Source: Sutcliffiella tianshenii (GTDB lineage: Bacteria > Bacillota > Bacilli > Bacillales > Bacillaceae_I). Taken from it: a DNA stretch of 32,000 nt. The position numbers and the translations under genes were made by a program. The notes beneath the pieces were generated by a model, which did no database searches, was not told the origin of the DNA, and worked only from the letters and a program-made list of their open reading frames with translations. This document shows, piece by piece, positions 27,147 to 32,000 of the stretch. Positions within the stretch are counted from its first letter, which is position 1, and each line of letters opens with the position of its first letter. The stretch lies in contig NZ_JAFBED010000004.1 of assembly GCF_016908565.1 (NCBI RefSeq), forward strand, positions 307,798 to 339,797. Reading direction: 5' to 3'.

Positions 27147-28586
27147 TTATTTCCCAGTGTTATCCGTTCCAGAACCTGGCTCGTTGCCTGAATCGTTATC
27201 GTTATCATTATCGTTATTGTTGTTTGTATTTGTGTTACCGGAGTTGTTTTCTCCATTATTTGAGGTGTTTCCACCTGTGTTGTTAGAGTTTCCGGTATTT
27301 GTACCACCCGTGTTTGTGCCGCCAGTATTAGTACCACCTGAGTTTGAACCACCATTATTGCTGGAACCTGAATTACTGGTGTTCCCTGGAGTCGTTCCTG
27401 AATTTGTATCTGTATCAATATCAGGGTTCGTTGCAACTGTATTTCTGATAAGACTATGTTGTTCAATCCTGTGAATTGGTGGATAAAAGTCTTCACTATA
27501 CGATACCGTCTCCATTACCGCACCAGAGGCATCCTTAGCAACACGTTGAAGCTTAATAAACACCCCGTCCTTGCCTTCCTCTTTGACTTTCTTTTGATTA
27601 TTCAAAAGGGATGCCGAATATTGAACAATCGTTTTTGGAGTATAGGATTCTTTATTTTCCTCTTCAATGCTGTATACATAAGGCAATGCAGGACCGCTCA
27701 TCGTTCCAAGCACCGTAGAAGAATCGATGGAAAAAGTAACAATAAAGTCGCTATTATTTGGGTTCTCTATCACAAGGTCCATCTTGCCTCGTTCCATTTT
27801 TGCCTCATATCCAGCTACAGCCCATTCAGGCAGCTCTGTAGAGATATGCCTTTCCAATACTGCAAAGTTTGTAGAAGCCAAAAGTTGATAAATCATGGAA
27901 GCAACGACGCTTGAAGCTTCATCCGATAACATGATATTTTCCTTTAGTAGCCAATCATGCACAGAGAACGCTTGACCCGCAGGAACAGGAACTTCTTTAT
28001 TTGATAGACCTGCTTTTAGTTCATCTAAAACTTTTTTATCAGACACCTTAAGAATGGAATCAATCGAGGTTTTCTCGATCAAAGTATCATCCAAAAGATA
28101 ATCAGCAATGAAAAATGTTTGATTTCCCCCTTTAAGCATGGTCGCAACCTCTATCAAGTCATTTAAGAGTTTTTCAGAATCCAATGCAGCAAAAATATCA
28201 GGACTATTTGTTAAAGCTTCTATTTCGGCCAATAAAATACTGGATTCCAATTCTACATTTAAGGAATTGGTAGTGGAGTCCTGCGCATAATCAACGGATT
28301 CCGGTATATAGAAAATAAAATGGTTTTTATCAAAAGGTCTAAGTTCGCCGGACCATTCAAAAAAAATGGTTCCATCCGTAAGCCATGCATCTCTTGCGGC
28401 TTCCAACTTTTTCACAACTTCGTCTTTTGACTTGTTGCTTACCTCTTCATTGGCTATTAGCGTCTTCTCGGAAAACGCACTTTTATGAGGAAGCCAATTG
28501 TCTGTAATCATGGAACCGACAAAAGAAAAGGTAAATATAAAAGCTGTACAAACAAGCAATGCAAGCAATGTCTTTAAACTTTGCAT
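27147..28586 (-). CDS. Membrane-anchored extracytoplasmic VanW-family-like protein with an Asn/Thr/Gly/Ser-rich C-terminal tail
   Basis: 479-aa ORF with a GGGGGAG SD and an N-terminal signal-anchor (LLALLVCTAFIFTFSFVG). The central region aligns by eye with the VanW domain (FSVHDW ... VVASMIYQLLASTNFAVLERHISTELPEWAVAGYEAKMERGKMDLVIENPNNSDFIVTF). It is preceded by a PG_binding_4-like segment and followed by a G5-like beta segment (KKVKEEGKDGVFIKLQRVAKDASGAVMETV). It ends 20 nt before pilB. The CDS itself is secure; the family call is moderate. Confidence 0.6.
   Translation of the reverse strand: MQSLKTLLALLVCTAFIFTFSFVGSMITDNWLPHKSAFSEKTLIANEEVSNKSKDEVVKKLEAARDAWLTDGTIFFEWSGELRPFDKNHFIFYIPESVDYAQDSTTNSLNVELESSILLAEIEALTNSPDIFAALDSEKLLNDLIEVATMLKGGNQTFFIADYLLDDTLIEKTSIDSILKVSDKKVLDELKAGLSNKEVPVPAGQAFSVHDWLLKENIMLSDEASSVVASMIYQLLASTNFAVLERHISTELPEWAVAGYEAKMERGKMDLVIENPNNSDFIVTFSIDSSTVLGTMSGPALPYVYSIEEENKESYTPKTIVQYSASLLNNQKKVKEEGKDGVFIKLQRVAKDASGAVMETVSYSEDFYPPIHRIEQHSLIRNTVATNPDIDTDTNSGTTPGNTSNSGSSNNGGSNSGGTNTGGTNTGGTNTGNSNNTGGNTSNNGENNSGNTNTNNNNDNDNDNDSGNEPGSGTDNTGK
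27150..27443 (-). repeat. Low-complexity coding repeat encoding the 98-aa N/T/G/S/D tail of the VanW-like protein
   Basis: It encodes GGTNTGGTNTGGTNT, NNNNDNDNDND and similar runs. At DNA level there are imperfect 15-bp units (ggtatttgtaccacc / cgtgtttgtgccgcc / agtattagtaccacc) and (gttatc)n-like runs. The region is open in several frames, which generates spurious ORFs. Confidence 0.75.
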
Positions 28587-28614
28587 TTTTTCTCCCCCAT
28601 TTTATAAACTCCCA

Positions 28615-29010
28615 TCATTTTTTCTCTGTTATTTGATCGGAAAGTTCTTCTAATACCAGTTTTCTTCTATGTATATCCTTTTGTTCATAAGCATCTGAAT
28701 CTAGGAATGTAGTATTCTGTTTGTTGTCTCTTGCAGTTCTGGTAGTTTCTTCTTTAATTGAAGTATTCGCTAGGAATAGACGTTGTCTTTGAAGTAGTAA
28801 AGCAGTAAGAAGTAGAAGTAAAATCATAAATATAATGCTGTGCCATATTGTTAAAGTCTTCAGCACGAAAATACCCAAAGTGGAGATAAGAAATGATATT
28901 AGCGGGATGATCCATTTACCCTTAGAGGTGAATTTCATCCTGACAAGAAAAAATAATGGCAACAATAACGCTGTAGCCAAGACTGCAAAAACGTAATTCC
29001 CCAAAATCAC
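28615..29010 (-). CDS. Hypothetical small membrane protein (about three TM helices plus a charged C-terminus); possible first gene of the pilB operon
   Basis: 131-aa ORF from GTG 29010 with a weak SD. Hydrophobic segments are VFAVLATALLLPLFFLV, WIIPLISFLISTLGIFVL and IIFMILLLLLTALLL. It is on the same strand as the VanW-like gene and 28 nt upstream of it. I recognise no family. Confidence 0.45.
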   Translation of the reverse strand: MILGNYVFAVLATALLLPLFFLVRMKFTSKGKWIIPLISFLISTLGIFVLKTLTIWHSIIFMILLLLLTALLLQRQRLFLANTSIKEETTRTARDNKQNTTFLDSDAYEQKDIHRRKLVLEELSDQITEKK

Positions 29011-29106
29011 ACCACATTTCTTTATATTTTTACAAAATTTGTAGAACGAAGTAGACTATTGTTATTGTATAATAAACATAGGTATTTTGAAATAGGAGAT
29101 TACAAG

Positions 29107-29823
29107 ATGAAACAAATTATTGAAAAAAATGGTGGTTTCACATTAATTGAAGTTTTAGTATCCATAACAATTTTCTCAATCATCTTGCTTGGCATGATGA
29201 CCTTCTTTACCAATGGTCTAACCTATGTAAAGGAAAACGAATCTAAAACAGTAGCAACACAGGTGGCACGGAATGTCATGAATTATATGGAGAAGCAGGA
29301 TTTCGGAACGTTCGAGGCGTTTACTAATCAAAAAATGATGGATTTGGATCCTACGGTTAATTTTGATTCTCCTTTTTCAGTTACAATTAATCTCTCTTCA
29401 TGCGCTAAGGTGCATAACCTTATGATTAAGCCTTATCCAAATTCACTAGAATCTGACCGCTTGCAATACAACAACGTTAAACTCTTCTCCAATGAAATTC
29501 AGTGTAATTCGATTTTTAATCCAATAATCAATAATGTTACCTTAGGGAGCAGCAGTATAAATGTCTATGTCATGAAGTATTATGATCAACAACTTGAAGA
29601 AGAACTAAATGATAATCCCGAAATAATAAATTTACCTTCTTCAGTTAAGAAAGCGTATCTGAATCAAATCGATATTTTAACACTAAAAGATAGTCAGGAT
29701 AAATTAGACCCTGATAGTGATATAGCACAACATCTTTTGAGAATTTTTGTCGTGGTAGATTGGACAGATAATCGTGATGAAATCATGTTACAAGGAGTTA
29801 TCGCACATGAATCTATTCGCTAA
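29107..29823 (+). CDS. Minor pilin, prepilin-type N-terminal cleavage/methylation domain protein (PilV-like)
   Basis: ATG 29107 lies 8 nt after an AGGAG SD; the ORF-track TTG 29059 is unlikely. The class III signal is MKQIIEKNGG / FTLIEVLVSITIFSIILLG (Gly-1, Phe+1, Glu+5). Two Cys residues are present in the globular part. Confidence 0.8.
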   Translation: MKQIIEKNGGFTLIEVLVSITIFSIILLGMMTFFTNGLTYVKENESKTVATQVARNVMNYMEKQDFGTFEAFTNQKMMDLDPTVNFDSPFSVTINLSSCAKVHNLMIKPYPNSLESDRLQYNNVKLFSNEIQCNSIFNPIINNVTLGSSSINVYVMKYYDQQLEEELNDNPEIINLPSSVKKAYLNQIDILTLKDSQDKLDPDSDIAQHLLRIFVVVDWTDNRDEIMLQGVIAHESIR

Positions 29824-30457
29824 GGTATTTAGAGATGAACGTGGCGTTACACTCCTTGAATTACTTGCAGTTCTAGTAATCAGTAGCATCATATTAGGAA
29901 CCATGTATAGCTCTTTCATTATGGGAGTTAATTTGTACAAGAAAATAGGCATCGAAAGTCAATTACGCGATGAAGCTGATATTATTCTGGCAACCATGCT
30001 AAATGATTTGAATAGAATTCAACCAGAAGCGATACTTTATAATAGCGATGAGTCCTACATTGAATTATACAGTGTTAAGACGCTAATAAAGAATGACTAC
30101 TATTACAAGAATGAAGATCTTCTAGATATAATACAAAACAGTGCATCCATTCAATTTGTCTTAAAACCTAAAGCAAACGATAACACCAAATATGACCTTT
30201 ATAAAACCTATTTCGATCCCACAGTAAAACAAGTGAAAATTAATAGTGATTCAGTATATCTCATGCCAATTAATGAAGGTGGCAACATAATGAGTTATGA
30301 ATGTACGAATAAAAAAGTTTCACTATCTAATATTGAAAAGGTTTGTGATTCCGGTGTAATTACTACAAAGTTTAAACTGGGACATCTTGAATATTCAGAA
30401 ACTGATAATAAACTGTTCGTAGAACCATTGGAATTTATTAGTGAATTTGGTTATTAG
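29807..30457 (+). CDS. Minor pilin, prepilin-type N-terminal domain protein (PilW-like)
   Basis: ATG 29807 lies 9 nt after an AAGGAG SD and overlaps the upstream gene by 17 nt. The signal is MNLFAKVFRDERG / VTLLELLAVLVISSIILG (Gly-1, Val+1, Glu+5). A Cys pair is present near the C-terminus (YECTNKKVSLSNIEKVCDSG). Confidence 0.8.
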   Translation: MNLFAKVFRDERGVTLLELLAVLVISSIILGTMYSSFIMGVNLYKKIGIESQLRDEADIILATMLNDLNRIQPEAILYNSDESYIELYSVKTLIKNDYYYKNEDLLDIIQNSASIQFVLKPKANDNTKYDLYKTYFDPTVKQVKINSDSVYLMPINEGGNIMSYECTNKKVSLSNIEKVCDSGVITTKFKLGHLEYSETDNKLFVEPLEFISEFGY

Positions 30458-30469
30458 AGAGGTATTTAT

Positions 30470-32000
30470 ATGAACGAAAAAGGCTCTACGTTAATTTTAG
30501 TTCTCATCATTTCTACAGTATTTATGATATTAGGCTTGAGTATTCTTGCTGTCGCTTTAAATGGAAGCACCAGAACACAATTGAGAACCGAAACTATAGG
30601 AGAATTGTATGAAGGAAAAGAAGAAATCGAGTTACTTACGGCATCATTTAAAGAAGAAGTAGAGTATGCCAGTTCCAATTTATTAAGTATTTCATTGCCT
30701 AGTGAGTATAACAGCGCTTATATTCCTGAACTGAATAAATTAATTTCCAATACTATAGAAACATTTCCAGCTTTAAAATCAAAAGGGCTGACAATTAATG
30801 ATATCACCGATGAATATATCGATGAAGTGACAGACTTAGATAAAACATATACCCGGGTTTTCGAGATATCCATTCCTCTTGATACAGGTAAAAGAGTTAA
30901 TAAACGTCTCATAATAACACCAGCGCCAAGCTTTCTGGATTATGCTTTAGGCTCATATGGCTCTGGTCCTGACGATGGGAAACTATACCTGAATGGGTCA
31001 TCAAATATATTAGGCAGTATTATTGCAAATGATTTATCCGTAAGCAGTAAAGCGAAGCTACGTGATAAACTAACTGTTACAAGTAGTGCGGTTAAAAGAG
31101 AAGAAGACAGCCTATTTCCTGCAATTAAAGGAAATGGATTTGTACAAAATCAATTAACTTTAAAGCATTCTGGCTTTCCAAACATTCCAGGATCTACAAG
31201 TACAACAGACTTAAAGAGCTTACCAGATTTAAGTGAATATTTTTATCTCGGTGCAGCCCCTAGCTTTGAAAGGCTGAATGAGGAATTTATTGAAGTACAA
31301 TTCAATACTACTTTCCTGAATAAATTTAATGAGCTGACTTCTGCCTATGTAAGTCAAGGTATCGCTGATATTAGTAACATTCCTAAGGCAACTGACAACC
31401 TTATCAATGTTATCAATCTAGAGAATACGTACCTGCAAAATAATAATATACTGATGATTGAAAAGTGGTTAGCTGACAAGCCAAATACACGACTTACGCA
31501 TAATAACAACCTCTATATTAGATCACTAATAAAGAATCCTCACATTACTAATGGAGTCACTTTCTCTGAAGATATTATCGTTACTGGTGATTTAGAAATA
31601 TCTGCAGTTGATAGACCTATTACATCGGACGGCAATACAATTATTGTTGGTGGGGACCTGAATATTACAGCATTGTCAGGAAATGAAATAGAATTAAATA
31701 GTAATATTGTTGTCCTTGGCGATTTAGAAATTAATACTATTACTACACCTATTCACCATAGGGGGACAATAGTTGTCTATGGTGAAGTAAGAATTAATGG
31801 TTCAGATTCCATAGGACTAAGTGAAATGGAATTTGACCAAAACTCTATTTACTTTGACAGTACAATTTACAGTTTTAGAAAAAGTCACATCTCAAATGTC
31901 AACGTCAGAGGAAGAGATGGCAATCAATTGGTTCTGTTGGCTAATGAAGATATTATTATCACCAGGATAAACGACTTATTCGAGTTTAAGGAAAAGCAAT
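30470..32000 (+). CDS. Large PilX-N-like (GspK-type, no Glu5) minor pilin fused to a beta-helix-like repeat domain; partial, continues beyond the window
   Basis: ATG 30470 lies 7 nt after a GAGAGG SD. I translated the frame by hand and it stays open to nt 32000 (at least 510 codons), so it is absent from the closed-ORF track. The N-terminus is MNEKG / STLILVLIISTVFMILGLSILAVAL. The C-terminal part has ~22-aa repeats (IIVTGDLEISAVD..., IIVGGDLNITALS..., IVVLGDLEINTIT..., IVVYGEVRINGSD...). Confidence 0.75.
   Translation, partial: MNEKGSTLILVLIISTVFMILGLSILAVALNGSTRTQLRTETIGELYEGKEEIELLTASFKEEVEYASSNLLSISLPSEYNSAYIPELNKLISNTIETFPALKSKGLTINDITDEYIDEVTDLDKTYTRVFEISIPLDTGKRVNKRLIITPAPSFLDYALGSYGSGPDDGKLYLNGSSNILGSIIANDLSVSSKAKLRDKLTVTSSAVKREEDSLFPAIKGNGFVQNQLTLKHSGFPNIPGSTSTTDLKSLPDLSEYFYLGAAPSFERLNEEFIEVQFNTTFLNKFNELTSAYVSQGIADISNIPKATDNLINVINLENTYLQNNNILMIEKWLADKPNTRLTHNNNLYIRSLIKNPHITNGVTFSEDIIVTGDLEISAVDRPITSDGNTIIVGGDLNITALSGNEIELNSNIVVLGDLEINTITTPIHHRGTIVVYGEVRINGSDSIGLSEMEFDQNSIYFDSTIYSFRKSHISNVNVRGRDGNQLVLLANEDIIITRINDLFEFKEKQ

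Noticed and set aside
27127-27496. ORFs 27127..27474 (+, Pro/Leu/Phe/Val-rich) and 27140..27496 (-, Gln/Thr/Ile-rich)
   Set aside because: These are alternative-frame or antisense readings of the low-complexity tail of the VanW-like gene. They are open only because the repeat lacks stop codons. The plus-strand ORF has no SD, and the minus-strand one has no SD of its own.
29059-29106. A TTG-initiated extension of the first minor pilin (MLLYNKHRYFEIGDYK); likewise GTG 29774 for the second
   Set aside because: The extensions would begin within the promoter -10 region, or deep in the upstream gene, without an SD. The internal ATGs have good SDs and give normal-length class III leader peptides.
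19448-32000. Interpreting the pilus locus as a ComG-type competence pseudopilus operon
   Set aside because: PilT, PilM, PilN and PilO and a separate divergent minor-pilin operon are all present. The gene order differs from comGA-GG. This fits a T4aP-like pilus rather than the Com pseudopilus.
1-32000. Search for mobile elements, prophage genes, toxin-antitoxin or defence systems, and tRNA/rRNA genes
   Set aside because: No transposase, integrase, recombinase, phage structural gene, restriction-modification or other defence hallmark, and no tRNA- or rRNA-like sequence was recognised. The low-GC segments lack flanking direct or inverted repeats, so they are not called as mobile elements.

Overview
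Chromosomal window from an endospore-forming Bacillaceae (not B. subtilis itself; hand-counted GC is roughly 45-50% in core genes). All calls come from reading the translations and DNA by eye, and no database search was run. The left two thirds (1-19.4 kb) is a conserved, almost entirely minus-strand core block whose order matches the B. subtilis nadB ... spoIIB region: nadB, then divergent nifS-niaR, then pheA-pheB-obg-spo0B, rpmA-prp(ysxB)-rplU with an L21-leader-type 5' UTR, an Rne/Rng-family RNase, spoIVFB-spoIVFA, minD-minC, mreD-mreC-mreB, radC, maf and a spoIIB-like SPOR protein. Two things interrupt that synteny. A ~1.5 kb insert between spoIVFA and minD carries a membrane-anchored glycerophosphodiesterase gene plus an array of seven 21-bp tandem repeats. 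An RNase G-like gene is also present that B. subtilis lacks. The right third (19.4-32 kb) is the accessory part: a complete type IV pilus locus sitting where B. subtilis has only comC. It is built as two divergent operons. The minus-strand operon runs small membrane ORF, VanW-family protein, pilB, pilT, pilC, pilA, pilD, pilM, pilN, pilO. The plus-strand operon has three prepilin-like genes, and the last is a >510-aa pilin-anchored protein with beta-helix-like repeats that runs off the window. The most interesting points are the VanW-like, probably cell-wall-associated protein that looks co-transcribed with pilB; the large modular minor pilin; a tandem MshEN-type (c-di-GMP-binding) motif at the PilB N-terminus; the low-GC composition of pilA and of the 27.9-32 kb module; and the phased 21-bp repeat array upstream of spoIVFA. 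No CRISPR array, transposase, integrase, tRNA/rRNA gene or recognisable defence system was seen.
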